Positions 21,660-31,032 of a DNA stretch of 64,000 nucleotides are shown piece after piece. Made by a program: the position numbers and the translations under genes. The number at the start of each line of letters is the position of its first letter. Position 1 is the stretch's first letter. The notes beneath the pieces were generated by a model, which worked only from the letters and a program-made list of their open reading frames with translations, was not told the origin of the DNA and did no database searches. Source of the stretch: an uncultured Pseudomonadota bacterium (lineage in GTDB: Bacteria; Vulcanimicrobiota; Vulcanimicrobiia; Eremiobacterales; Eremiobacteraceae); the NCBI GenBank assembly GCA_963736005.1, contig CAVTNB010000001.1:1792001-1856000 (forward strand). Direction: 5' to 3'.

Positions 21660-22250
21660 ATGACACCAGTATCCCAAGCCGAACAACCAGAAACAGGGTC
21701 TCGAGAGCCAGCCCCCGGCGACTTGGCGGTCGTGCAAGCCTTCATCAATACCCGGGAACTCAACGCTCGCGGGGCGCTCGTGTTCGACGAACTTTCAAGC
21801 CCTAAAGCCCTCGAGCACTGGTTGTCCGGGCGCAAACTCCTCAGGGACCGGCGGCACTTGAGCCAGACCGACGTCACCCATGCCATTTCGGTACGAGAGG
21901 CCCTGCGAGATCTGCTCGCAGCCAATGAAGGCGAAAAGGTGGGCAAGGATGCGGTGGAGACCTTGAGCCGGGCTGCTCGCAGCGCGCAGTTGCTCGTCGA
22001 TTTTAAACCTGACGGCTCGGCAGAGCTGCAGCCTGCGGCGTCGGGCGTCGACGCGGCCTTAGGCGAACTCCTGGCGATCACGGTTCGATCGATGTTGGAC
22101 GGTTCGTGGCAGCGGATGAAAGCGTGCCACGACGACTCCTGCCGCTGGGCGTTTTACGACCGGTCGAAGAATAGTTCGAGCAACTGGTGCTCGATGCGCG
22201 TGTGCGGGAACCGCGCAAAGGCACGTAAGTTTCGCAAGCGACACGCGTAG
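21660..22250 (+). CDS. CGNR zinc-finger / ABATE domain putative regulator
   Basis: F.NT N-terminal motif; R.K.C....C.WAFYDRSKN....WCSM..CGNR.K. Confidence 0.93.
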   Translation: MTPVSQAEQPETGSREPAPGDLAVVQAFINTRELNARGALVFDELSSPKALEHWLSGRKLLRDRRHLSQTDVTHAISVREALRDLLAANEGEKVGKDAVETLSRAARSAQLLVDFKPDGSAELQPAASGVDAALGELLAITVRSMLDGSWQRMKACHDDSCRWAFYDRSKNSSSNWCSMRVCGNRAKARKFRKRHA

Positions 22251-22263
22251 CGTTTGATTCGAA

Positions 22264-22289
22264 AGCGGACCTAAAGGTCCGCTGCTACA
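22264..22289 (-). repeat. REP family A copy between convergent genes
   Basis: agcggacctaaaggtccgctgctaca; its GTAG contains the stop codon of the 22285 gene. Confidence 0.85.
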
Positions 22290-23472
22290 CTGCTGCCAGA
22301 CCGCGGTCGAGATCGGCGATGATGTCGGCTGCGTCTTCGAGGCCCAGCGAAAGTCGCAAGAAACCATCATGGATGCCCAGCGCTTCTCTCGCCTGCGGTG
22401 TGAGCGAGCGGTGAGATGACGTGGCGGGATGCGAAAGCGTGGTCTGCGCCCCGCCAAAGGACAAGACGAGCTTGACGTCCGTCAGGCTTGCCAAGAGCCG
22501 GTTTACCGCCGCACGCTCGGGAGCAACTTCAAAGGAGAGCATCGCACCAAACCCCTGGCTCAGGGTTTGAGCGGCCGCCGAGGAGGCACGTGCGTCTCCG
22601 ATGGCTGGATAGTGGGTCGCTCGTACTTTGGGATGCTGGGCAAGCCAGCGCGCGACTTCAAGCGCGTTGTGGCTCGAGCGGGCCATGCGGACGTCGAGGG
22701 TCGCGATGGAACGGACGGCAAGCCAGGTTTCAAACACAGAGGCAACGAGGCCCGCGCGCGAGGCGAGGGTGCGCATTGGGTCGATGAGCGAATGTGACCC
22801 AGCGATACATCCCAAGATGATGTCATAGTGGCCACCGAGAAATTTCGTGACGCTCTCGATGACCAAATCGGCTCCGAGTTCGAGCGGCCGGCAGTGATAC
22901 GGAGACGCCAGGCTGTTATCCACCAGCAGAAGGGCACCGCGATCGTGAACGGCGTGCGCGAGTGAAGCAATCGGTGCAACCCGAATGCGCGGGTTCGAAA
23001 TCGATTCAACGATCATCACAGAGGTCGGTAGGCTTAAGCTCTCCTCGACGGCGCGCTCATCTGCGATGTCAACGAGCTGGGTCTGCACGCCGAATTTTGC
23101 CAAGTCTCTCAAGAGTGAGGTCGTGTTGCCGTAGAGGTCGTGCGCCGCGACGATGCGAGATCCGGAACTGGCCAACTGCAAAAGCGCGGTGGTGAAGGCC
23201 GACATTCCCGCAGCCGTCGCAAGGGCCGTTTCGGCGCCGTGCAGCGACGCGACCAGCGCTTCCAAAGCCTCGTGATTTGGCACGCCGGAACCGCCGTACA
23301 CGGCCCCTGGCTCGCGCCCTTCGTAGACCGAGTCAACTTCGTCGAGCGAGCGAAATGCCCAGCCCGCCGACTGAAAAATTGGCAGCACGGCGGGCTCGTT
23401 GACGGGCGCGCGTGCACGCGCGTCAAGGACAGTGCGTGTGGCAAAAGACTTTGCGGTCATCGCGGTCTCCAT
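22285..23472 (-). CDS. Cys/Met metabolism PLP-dependent enzyme (cystathionine gamma-synthase/lyase family)
   Basis: PIFQS, GMSA, ESISNP, VDNS, ESVTKFLGGH (PLP Lys), SFGG, RLSLGLED. Confidence 0.92.
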   Translation of the reverse strand: METAMTAKSFATRTVLDARARAPVNEPAVLPIFQSAGWAFRSLDEVDSVYEGREPGAVYGGSGVPNHEALEALVASLHGAETALATAAGMSAFTTALLQLASSGSRIVAAHDLYGNTTSLLRDLAKFGVQTQLVDIADERAVEESLSLPTSVMIVESISNPRIRVAPIASLAHAVHDRGALLLVDNSLASPYHCRPLELGADLVIESVTKFLGGHYDIILGCIAGSHSLIDPMRTLASRAGLVASVFETWLAVRSIATLDVRMARSSHNALEVARWLAQHPKVRATHYPAIGDARASSAAAQTLSQGFGAMLSFEVAPERAAVNRLLASLTDVKLVLSFGGAQTTLSHPATSSHRSLTPQAREALGIHDGFLRLSLGLEDAADIIADLDRGLAAV

Positions 23473-23475
23473 TTG

Positions 23476-23502
23476 CGCGCGAAGGAATTCGCACGACTAC
23501 AT
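23476..23502 (-). repeat. Degenerate REP family B copy
   Basis: Reverse complement atgtagtcgtgcgaattccttcgcgcg. Confidence 0.65.
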
Positions 23503-23512
23503 GTCTCAAGAG

Positions 23513-23551
23513 AAATAAAGAAGGGGTGCTGCTCTTTCGCAACGCCCCCTT
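23513..23551 (-). terminator. Probable intrinsic terminator downstream of the micropeptide
   Basis: Minus strand aagggggcgttgc-gaaaga-gcagcacccctt followed by ctttattt. Confidence 0.6.
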
Positions 23552-23585
23552 TGGACATCTGTTCTAACCCGAGAAAAACTCGCGG

Positions 23586-23624
23586 TTATTTCTTTTTGGC
23601 CTTCTTCGCCTTTTTCTTTGCCAC
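23586..23624 (-). CDS. Lys/Ala-rich micropeptide MAKKKAKKAKKK
   Basis: GTG GCA AAG AAA AAG GCG AAG AAG GCC AAA AAG AAA TAA with GGAGGTGA 10 nt upstream; below the ORF-track cut-off. Confidence 0.65.
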   Translation of the reverse strand: MAKKKAKKAKKK

Positions 23625-23967
23625 GATGTACTGGTCACCTCCCCCCTGGACTTTCGGTGCGCGCGGAGCGTTGCTGTACGCCTCTTGTTGCATGTACCTG
23701 CCGCTGCGGAGCCTCGGCAGTTATCGCGCGGTTCCGAAGGGTGCGGGACTCACGTGCGAGTTCCTCGCGCGGAAGTTCTGTTAAGTAAGCACTTCCCCTC
23801 TGTTCATCGGCAGTCGGGGGAAAAAACTTCAGGCGCAAAGCAGTCGAGAATTTTCTCGAAGCGAGCGTCATGTGCTCCGCAGCATGCAAATGCGGTGCGA
23901 AGTTGACGACTGCGCGACGCCAAACAAGGGCAGCGGCGCAAGTTTTGACGAAGCAATCACCGACAGC

Positions 23968-25218
23968 ATGAACACAACGCGGCGGGTCGTGGTGACGGGA
24001 ATGGGCGCCGTGACTCCACTCGGCAATTCCGTACCTGAGTTCTGGAAGAATGTGGTGCGTGGGCGTAGTGGGGTCGGTCACATCACCTTATTTGATGCCT
24101 CCAACCTCGCAACGCGCTTTGCGGCGGAGGTGCGCGATTTCGATCCAGCGGCGATCATCGGCAAAAAAGACGCCCGCAAGATGGACCGCTTTGCCCAGTT
24201 CGCCTGGGTTGCCGCACAGGAAGCCGTCGCCGATTCGGGGTTGGAAATTACCGACGCGAACCGCGACTCCATCGGCGTCATCATGGGATCGGGTATCGGC
24301 GGCATCACGACCATCGAGCAGCAAACCAAGGTGATGAACGAACAGGGTCCGGATCGGCTGTCGCCTTTTTTTATTCCGATGCTCATCAGCAATATCGCAC
24401 CGGGTCTCATCTCGATGAAGCTCGGGGTCCGAGGTCCGACCCAAACCGCCGTCTCAGCCTGCGCCTCGTCGAACAACGCGATCGGCGACTCAATGCGGAT
24501 CATTCAACACGGTGAATCAGACGTGATCATCTGCGGCGGTTCTGAGGCCCCCATCACACCGTTAGCCGTCGGCGGATTTTGCGCGATGCGGGCGCTCTCC
24601 ACAAGAAATGACACCCCCGCGTCTGCCAGCCGGCCCTTCGATCGGACGCGCGACGGTTTTGTCATTGGGGAGGGCGGCGGCGCGTTTGTCCTCGAGGAGC
24701 TCAATCATGCGCGCACCCGCGGAGCTCGCATATACGCAGAACTGCTTGGCTACGGTCAATCTTCGGATGCGTATCATATGGTGGCGCCCGATCCGCAGGC
24801 GCGGGGTGTCAAACTTGCGATGATCAGAGCGTTGCGCGACGCGGCTATCGAGCCGACGGATGTGAACTACATCAACGCGCACGCCACGTCGACCGACCTC
24901 GGGGATGCGGCGGAAACACAAGCGGTCCATGCGGTGTTCGGCGAGCACGCGAAGACCATTCCGGTCAGTTCGAACAAATCGATGTTCGGTCACGCTTTGG
25001 GTGCTTCCGGAGCACTGGAGGGCATTTGCACCGTGCTTGCCCTGCACGAGGGCATCGTTCCACCGACCATCAACTACGAATTCGTCGATCCTGCCTGCGA
25101 TCTCGATTGCGTCCCCAATGTGGCGCGACGCGACGAACTCAACATCGCGGTTTCGAACTCATTTGGCTTCGGCGGGCACAACGCCGTCCTCGTGTTCCGC
25201 AGGTTTTCCGAAAACTAG
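23968..25218 (+). CDS. fabF: Beta-ketoacyl-ACP synthase II
   Basis: RRVVVTGMG, SACAS, DGFVIGEG, NAHATST, GHALGA, NSFGFGGHN; start trimmed to ATG 23968. Confidence 0.96.
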   Translation: MNTTRRVVVTGMGAVTPLGNSVPEFWKNVVRGRSGVGHITLFDASNLATRFAAEVRDFDPAAIIGKKDARKMDRFAQFAWVAAQEAVADSGLEITDANRDSIGVIMGSGIGGITTIEQQTKVMNEQGPDRLSPFFIPMLISNIAPGLISMKLGVRGPTQTAVSACASSNNAIGDSMRIIQHGESDVIICGGSEAPITPLAVGGFCAMRALSTRNDTPASASRPFDRTRDGFVIGEGGGAFVLEELNHARTRGARIYAELLGYGQSSDAYHMVAPDPQARGVKLAMIRALRDAAIEPTDVNYINAHATSTDLGDAAETQAVHAVFGEHAKTIPVSSNKSMFGHALGASGALEGICTVLALHEGIVPPTINYEFVDPACDLDCVPNVARRDELNIAVSNSFGFGGHNAVLVFRRFSEN

Positions 25219-25221
25219 CGC

Positions 25222-25917
25222 GTGTCGGAGGGGCTGGCCCGCAAGCGGGCACTGCGTGGCTTGGCGCGCAAGGTCGGTTTGCCCCCAAGCGCCGATCTTG
25301 ACGTGCTCGACATGGCTCTTACGCATGACTCGTACGCATCGGAGCACCCGAGGCAGGCGCACTCGAACGAGCGGCTCGAGTTCCTCGGTGACGCGGTGTT
25401 AGGCGCGGTTGTTGCGGGCGAGCTCTACGCGCGCCACCCGCAGCGTTCCGAAGGCCAACTTTCCCGCATGCGCGCCTCGCTTGTGTCGCGAGCCGCTTTG
25501 GCGCGCTCGGCCGAGGCGCTCGATCTCGGTGCGTTCCTGCTGCTCGGTCGCGGAGAGAGCGCCGCCGGAGGCGCGCACCGGCCCTCGGTGCTTGCCGACG
25601 CGTTTGAAGCGCTGGTGGGGGCGATTTTCCACATCGGCGGCATGCACGCGGCGCAAACGTTTGTAAAACGCTCCCACCTCGCGCACGCGACATCGAGCGA
25701 AACGATCGACCCCAAGACGGCGCTGCAAGAATATGCCCAAGCAAGGTTTAAGAAGGCACCGCACTACGCGGTCACCGCACAAAGTGGGCCGCCCCATGCG
25801 CGGACCTTTACGGTTGCGGTGGACGTTGCCGGTCAAACCTTGGGGACGGGCAGCGGCACCACGAAGAAGCAAGCACAGACCGACGCAGCGCGGGAGGCGT
25901 TAGCCCATCTACCTTAA
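25222..25917 (+). CDS. rnc: Ribonuclease III
   Basis: NERLEFLGDAVL, ADAFEALVGA, dsRBD DPKTALQE. Confidence 0.96.
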   Translation: MSEGLARKRALRGLARKVGLPPSADLDVLDMALTHDSYASEHPRQAHSNERLEFLGDAVLGAVVAGELYARHPQRSEGQLSRMRASLVSRAALARSAEALDLGAFLLLGRGESAAGGAHRPSVLADAFEALVGAIFHIGGMHAAQTFVKRSHLAHATSSETIDPKTALQEYAQARFKKAPHYAVTAQSGPPHARTFTVAVDVAGQTLGTGSGTTKKQAQTDAAREALAHLP

Positions 25918-28900
25918 GAGTATCGATCTCTTTGGTTTCAAGACGTTTGCCGAGCGCACGCGTCTCGAGTTCGCACCCGGCATCGCTGCCATCGTTGGTC
26001 CCAATGGGTCAGGCAAGTCGAATTTCGTGGATGCCGTGCGCTGGGTCCTCGGCGAGCAGAGCGCGCGTCAGTTGCGCGGCGCTCGCATGGACGACGTCAT
26101 CTTTGCGGGCAACGCTTCGCGCCGACCCCTCGGACTCGCCGAGGTGACGCTCACCTTCGACAACTCTGACGGCGCGCTCTCGGCGCCGTTTAGCGAGATT
26201 GCGATTACGCGGCGCGCGTACCGAACGGGCGAGAGCGAATTCTTCATCAATAAGACAGCGGTGCGACTGCGGGATATCACGGACATGCTCCTGGGCACGG
26301 GTCTCGCCGCCGAACTCGCCGCGATCGTGTCTCAAGGCGAGATCGACGCCATTCTCTCCGCCAAGCCGGAAGCGCGGCGTGAACTTTTCGAAGGGGTCGC
26401 CGGCACCGCGCGCTATCGAGCGCGCAAGCGCGAGGCTCAGCGCCGCATCGAGCAGACCGCGGCGAACGCATTGCGTGTGAACGATTTGCTCACCGAACTT
26501 GAAAAACAGCTGCCGGCGATCGAGCAGCAAGTACGACGCGCCAAGCGCTATCAGAAAGTGCAGCAACAGCTCCGCGACCTCGAGATTTTCTCTTACGTTC
26601 ACAAAGCCAAGGAACGCCGTGAGGAGCGCGCGCGAATCAGTCAAGTCCTGGGAGTCGACGAAAAAGAGGCAGCGAAGGAAGCCCGGACCCACGCCGAACT
26701 TGCATCTGCCGTCAATCGCGCGCGCGACGAAGAGTACCAAGCTTCGTTGGCCCTGGACGATCGAAACGCCGCGCACGCGAGGAGCGCTTCGCAGCTCCAG
26801 ACGCATGCATCGGCCCATGCGGCAATGCAAGCCAAAGCAACCGAGCTGACGCGCGCGTCTGAAGCGCTGGAGCGCGAGGCCGACGCCGGCGCGCAAGCCG
26901 TCGCGCAAGCGGATACCCGGCTTTCCAATGCCATAGAAGATTTGCGGCGCAGCCGCGAGCTGCGCGATGAAGCGCTCACGCTCGCAGAATCGGCGGCTGC
27001 GGAGGAAGCAGAGGAGACAGCGCACTGGGAACGCGCTTATGCGGCGCTCCGCGCGGTCGAGGATTCTCGTCTGCGTGCTAGCGCCAAGTCCACCGAAAGC
27101 AATTCTGCGGCTGCTGCTGCCCAAGCAGAGGTCGAACGGTTAGCAGACGCGCTATCGCGCCTCGATGCGGACTTGCAAACAGCGCACGCGGCGTTGGACG
27201 GGTGCGGCGAGCGTTCCAAACGGGCCAACGCGGAGGTTGAAAGACTTGCCGCAGACGCGGGCAAGCTCGACCAAAAACTGCAGACGGTGGCGGCGCAAGC
27301 AAACCGGGCCATAGAAGCAGTGGAACAGCAAAGGGCCGTGCAGCAAGCCGCGCACGCAAGCCTGACGCAAATAAACGCCAAGCTCGACGCGCTAACACAA
27401 TTCGTTGCCGACCTTTCAGGGGCGCCGGCTGGCACTCGCCACCTGCTCGACGCAAAGGCAGCTAGCCGCCTGGCAGGCGTGATTGGAACGGTGGCGAGCC
27501 AAATCACAGTTGACGAGCGCCATGCCACCGCAATCGACGCATTGCTCGGCGCACGAGCGCATGACGTCATCGTGCGCACGCTGGCCGATGCGAAAGCCGC
27601 GATGCTGATCCTCAAAGAAAAACAGGCTGGCCGAGCGACGATCATCGTGCTCGAGGCGTTATCGGACGGGCGATTTTCCAATCGCCCGCTACAGGAGCCA
27701 AAAGCGGCGGGCAAGAGTGGAGATATCGGGCGAGCGTCGGAGCTCGTTCGCTGCGATGCATCCGTCAAGCCCGCCATCGAGCAAATCCTCGGAGACTCCT
27801 TTGTGGTCGCAAACTTGGAGAGCGCGTTTGATTGCGCGAAGGAAGCGCCCCATGCTGCGTTTGCAACCCCCGAGGGAGACGTCATCCACGGCAGTGTCAT
27901 CACAAGCGGCAGTGGAACCGGCGTGATGAGTGCACAGGCCGCGTCCGAAACCCTCGAGTCTGAGCGAGCAATCCAATCGAAGGCGGCGCGCGAGGCGGAT
28001 GCAGCGCTCGATCGAGCGACCCAGACGGCGACCGCGGGCCAAAGTCAGTTCGAACGCATCAAAGCAGATATTGTTGAACTCACCCTGCGCCAACACGATG
28101 CACAAGCGTTGTGCTCTCAATTAGAGCGCGAGCGTGAAGCCCTCGAGCAGCAGCTCTCTGTGCTGCGCACCGGACGCGGCGAAGTCGTCCAGCGGTCAGC
28201 CCAGGTTAAGGAATCCGCCGCTCGCCATCGTGACACGGCCCGAGAACTTGCCGGCCAGCTTCAGACGCTCGAATCGCAGCGCAGTCAAGCGCTGTCGGCA
28301 TCGGACGAACTCTCCAAGCGCCTGGGCGCCGTGCGCGCCAAGCACCGCAGCGCTGCCGCACAGGCCGCCGCCTTGGTCGAACGCGTTGCGCAACTGGGTG
28401 ATGATGTCGAATTGGCCCGCGCGGACATAGAACGCGCCAAAGGGCAGCGCAAAGAGCGCGTCACCTCGCTCGCACGGATGCGAGATGAATTGGAGCAAAG
28501 CCGCGCCGACGTGCAGCGTCTTGCGGCGCTCAAAGCGGACGCTGAACAGGCGGTTGCAGAGGTTGCGCTCCGCTTAGGCGAGCTTCGCGAGCACCGTGAT
28601 GCGGCGTTGCACCGGACGCGCGAACTCGAAGAAACCTACGCGCAAGAAGAGCAGCGCGGGCGCGAGCAGTCGCTTGAATTGGAACGCCAGCGCATCCGCC
28701 TAGCTGAGATCGATGCGGAGCTCGCTCTCCTGCAGCAAACCTTTTCGCAAAATCCGGCTTCGCAGCAGGAGTGCGATGATGTTGCAGCTCGCTACGCTGA
28801 CTTCGAAGGCGACGTTGACGCGCAGGTTCGCCGTTTGCGAGAGGAGATGCTGCGGCTAGGCAATGTCAACCTGAATGCGCTCGAAGACCGGGCGGCGACG

Positions 28901-29473
28901 CTCGAACGCTGCGAGTTCCTCCGAGAACAACTGCGCGACCTTGAGGCAGCTCGCGCGAACATCGTCGCAAGCATCGCTGAGATGGATGCGGAATCACTCC
29001 GCCAGTTCAACGAGACGTTTGCCAAAGTATCCGTCGCTTTCTCGGAGACGTTCACCCGCCTCTTCAATGGCGGGAGTGCGAAGATGTGGGTCTGCGAAGC
29101 AGAGGACCCGACGGAAGCGGGAATCGAGATCTCGGCGCAGCCGCCGGGCAAAAAGATGCAGAATTTGAATCTGCTCTCGGGTGGCGAACGCGCGCTCACC
29201 GCCGTCGCGCTCATCTTTGCGACGCTCCAAGTCAGGCCGAGTCCATTTTACATTTTCGACGAAATCGATGCAGCCCTGGATGAAGCCAACATCGGCCGAT
29301 TCGGCGTGCAGCTTGCCGATCTGGCCGGAAACGGTCGCTCGCAAATCATCATCATCACCCATAACAAGGCGACGATGACGCTGGTCGACCGGATGTATGG
29401 CGTGACGATGAGTGAGCCGGGCATTTCCAATATTCTTTCCCTATCGCTGGAGCGTGCGGGTGCCGCCGGATAA
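25907..29473 (+). CDS. smc: Chromosome segregation protein SMC
   Basis: Frame extends 40 codons upstream of the ORF call: IYLKSIDLFGFKTF...VGPNGSGKSN; hinge, coiled coils, LSGGE, FDEIDAALD; apparent ATC start. Confidence 0.95.
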   Translation: MYLKSIDLFGFKTFAERTRLEFAPGIAAIVGPNGSGKSNFVDAVRWVLGEQSARQLRGARMDDVIFAGNASRRPLGLAEVTLTFDNSDGALSAPFSEIAITRRAYRTGESEFFINKTAVRLRDITDMLLGTGLAAELAAIVSQGEIDAILSAKPEARRELFEGVAGTARYRARKREAQRRIEQTAANALRVNDLLTELEKQLPAIEQQVRRAKRYQKVQQQLRDLEIFSYVHKAKERREERARISQVLGVDEKEAAKEARTHAELASAVNRARDEEYQASLALDDRNAAHARSASQLQTHASAHAAMQAKATELTRASEALEREADAGAQAVAQADTRLSNAIEDLRRSRELRDEALTLAESAAAEEAEETAHWERAYAALRAVEDSRLRASAKSTESNSAAAAAQAEVERLADALSRLDADLQTAHAALDGCGERSKRANAEVERLAADAGKLDQKLQTVAAQANRAIEAVEQQRAVQQAAHASLTQINAKLDALTQFVADLSGAPAGTRHLLDAKAASRLAGVIGTVASQITVDERHATAIDALLGARAHDVIVRTLADAKAAMLILKEKQAGRATIIVLEALSDGRFSNRPLQEPKAAGKSGDIGRASELVRCDASVKPAIEQILGDSFVVANLESAFDCAKEAPHAAFATPEGDVIHGSVITSGSGTGVMSAQAASETLESERAIQSKAAREADAALDRATQTATAGQSQFERIKADIVELTLRQHDAQALCSQLEREREALEQQLSVLRTGRGEVVQRSAQVKESAARHRDTARELAGQLQTLESQRSQALSASDELSKRLGAVRAKHRSAAAQAAALVERVAQLGDDVELARADIERAKGQRKERVTSLARMRDELEQSRADVQRLAALKADAEQAVAEVALRLGELREHRDAALHRTRELEETYAQEEQRGREQSLELERQRIRLAEIDAELALLQQTFSQNPASQQECDDVAARYADFEGDVDAQVRRLREEMLRLGNVNLNALEDRAATLERCEFLREQLRDLEAARANIVASIAEMDAESLRQFNETFAKVSVAFSETFTRLFNGGSAKMWVCEAEDPTEAGIEISAQPPGKKMQNLNLLSGGERALTAVALIFATLQVRPSPFYIFDEIDAALDEANIGRFGVQLADLAGNGRSQIIIITHNKATMTLVDRMYGVTMSEPGISNILSLSLERAGAAG

Positions 29474-31031
29474 ACCCGTTGCCCTCATCTCGCTCACCGA
29501 CAAAGCTGGCCTCAAAGAACTCGCACACGCATTAGACGACGCCGGCTACCGCATCATTGCAAGCTCGGGAACCGCACGGGCGGTGCGAGAGTTGGGGATT
29601 GCTTGTGCCGAGGTCGAGACGCTGACCGATTACCCCGCGCTGCTCGGGGGGCGAGTCAAAACGCTGCATCCAAAAATCTTCGGCGGGATATTAGCGCGGG
29701 TGGAGAACCCCAACGACGCGCAGGATCTCAAACGATACGACCTGCCGCGTATCGGCGTCGTGGCGGTGAACCTCTACCAGTTCGCGCAAGCGACCGCCGA
29801 TCGCGCCGTGGGTGATGCGCAGGCGGTGGAACAGATCGACATCGGCGGAGTAGCGCTGCTTCGCGCCGCGGCCAAGAACTTCGAGTCTGTGACGGTTCTG
29901 GCCGAGCCCGAACTCTACCCGGCATTCATAGCAGCTCTATCGCGCGGCGGTCCCACGCGCGACGAACGTCGTACGTGGGCGGCTCGCGCGTTTGCCGTGG
30001 TCGCGCACTACGACGCGGCGATCGCATCGTACTTCGTGCGCGAAAGACACGATGCAGGTCTCCCCGACGTGCTCAGCCTGAATCTCCCGCTGCAGAGCCC
30101 GTTGCGCTACGGTGAAAACCCATGGTCGCAAGCGGCGTTCTACCACGGCGATAGCAATGGTTTACCGGAACAGCGCGGCGGAAAAACGCTGTCATACAAT
30201 AACTTACTCGATGTCGATTCGTGCTTGCGTCTCATCGCCCCGATTGAGGAGCCGGTCGGCTTTCCGAGGGACGCGCAACCAGTCTCCCCCGTGTCAGCCG
30301 CCATCGTCAAGCACACCGTCCCCTGTGGGCTCGCCGGAGCGCGCAACGCGGCCGAGGCGCTTGGCGCAGCGCTGGGCGCGGATCCCATCTCAGCCTTCGG
30401 CGGCATCGTCGCGGTCAACGCCCGCATCGATCGAGCGAGCGCGCAGATCCTCAAGCCTCGCTTCTTGGAAGTTGTTGCGGCGCCGGCTTTTGACGACGAT
30501 GCTCTCGCACTGCTGGCGAGCAAGAAAAATCTCCGTCTCCTCGTCTTTCATCGGGAACTTCCAGCGCGACTGCGGGCAGGCATGACCCTGCGCTCGGCGT
30601 TAGGTGGGATTTTGGCCGAGCAACCGGACCCCGATGCCCCAAGAGACGAGTGGAAAGTAATGACCGAGCGCCAGCCCGATGCGGGGATGTGGCGAGACAT
30701 GCTGTTCGCGTTCGGCGCGGTGCGTCAGGTGAAGTCAAACGCCGCGGTCGTGGCTCGCAATCAAGTGACGCTTGGTATTTGCGGGGGCCAAACCAACCGG
30801 GTTGCCGCGGTTGAGCTCGCATGCCGGCGGGCCGGTGACGCGGTGCGCGGCGCGGTGCTCGCGACGGACGGATTTTTCCCGTTTGCGGACGGGATAGAGG
30901 CTGCCGCCGCTGCTGGGATCGGTGCCGTGGTTGCGCCGTCGGGATCCATTCGCGACGCAGAGGTCGTGGAAGCTGCGCGGCGAGCGAACATTGTCTTGGC
31001 ATTTGCCTCGCGGCGCTATTTCCTTCATTAG
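29460..31031 (+). CDS. purH: Bifunctional AICAR transformylase / IMP cyclohydrolase
   Basis: ALIS..DK, GRVKTLHP, IDIGG, LRYGENP, LSYNN, KSNA, DGFFPF; GTG at 29460 with GGAG. Confidence 0.95.
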   Translation: MPPDKPVALISLTDKAGLKELAHALDDAGYRIIASSGTARAVRELGIACAEVETLTDYPALLGGRVKTLHPKIFGGILARVENPNDAQDLKRYDLPRIGVVAVNLYQFAQATADRAVGDAQAVEQIDIGGVALLRAAAKNFESVTVLAEPELYPAFIAALSRGGPTRDERRTWAARAFAVVAHYDAAIASYFVRERHDAGLPDVLSLNLPLQSPLRYGENPWSQAAFYHGDSNGLPEQRGGKTLSYNNLLDVDSCLRLIAPIEEPVGFPRDAQPVSPVSAAIVKHTVPCGLAGARNAAEALGAALGADPISAFGGIVAVNARIDRASAQILKPRFLEVVAAPAFDDDALALLASKKNLRLLVFHRELPARLRAGMTLRSALGGILAEQPDPDAPRDEWKVMTERQPDAGMWRDMLFAFGAVRQVKSNAAVVARNQVTLGICGGQTNRVAAVELACRRAGDAVRGAVLATDGFFPFADGIEAAAAAGIGAVVAPSGSIRDAEVVEAARRANIVLAFASRRYFLH

Positions 31032-31032
31032 A

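Noticed and set aside
23640..23790. RNase P, tmRNA or SRP RNA (contains gaaagtcc)
   Set aside because: Too short and lacks the other conserved elements; treated as a structured leader
25907..29473. Wadjet/MksBEF or other SMC-based defence system
   Set aside because: Canonical rnc-smc housekeeping context with a hinge domain; no jet or mks partners
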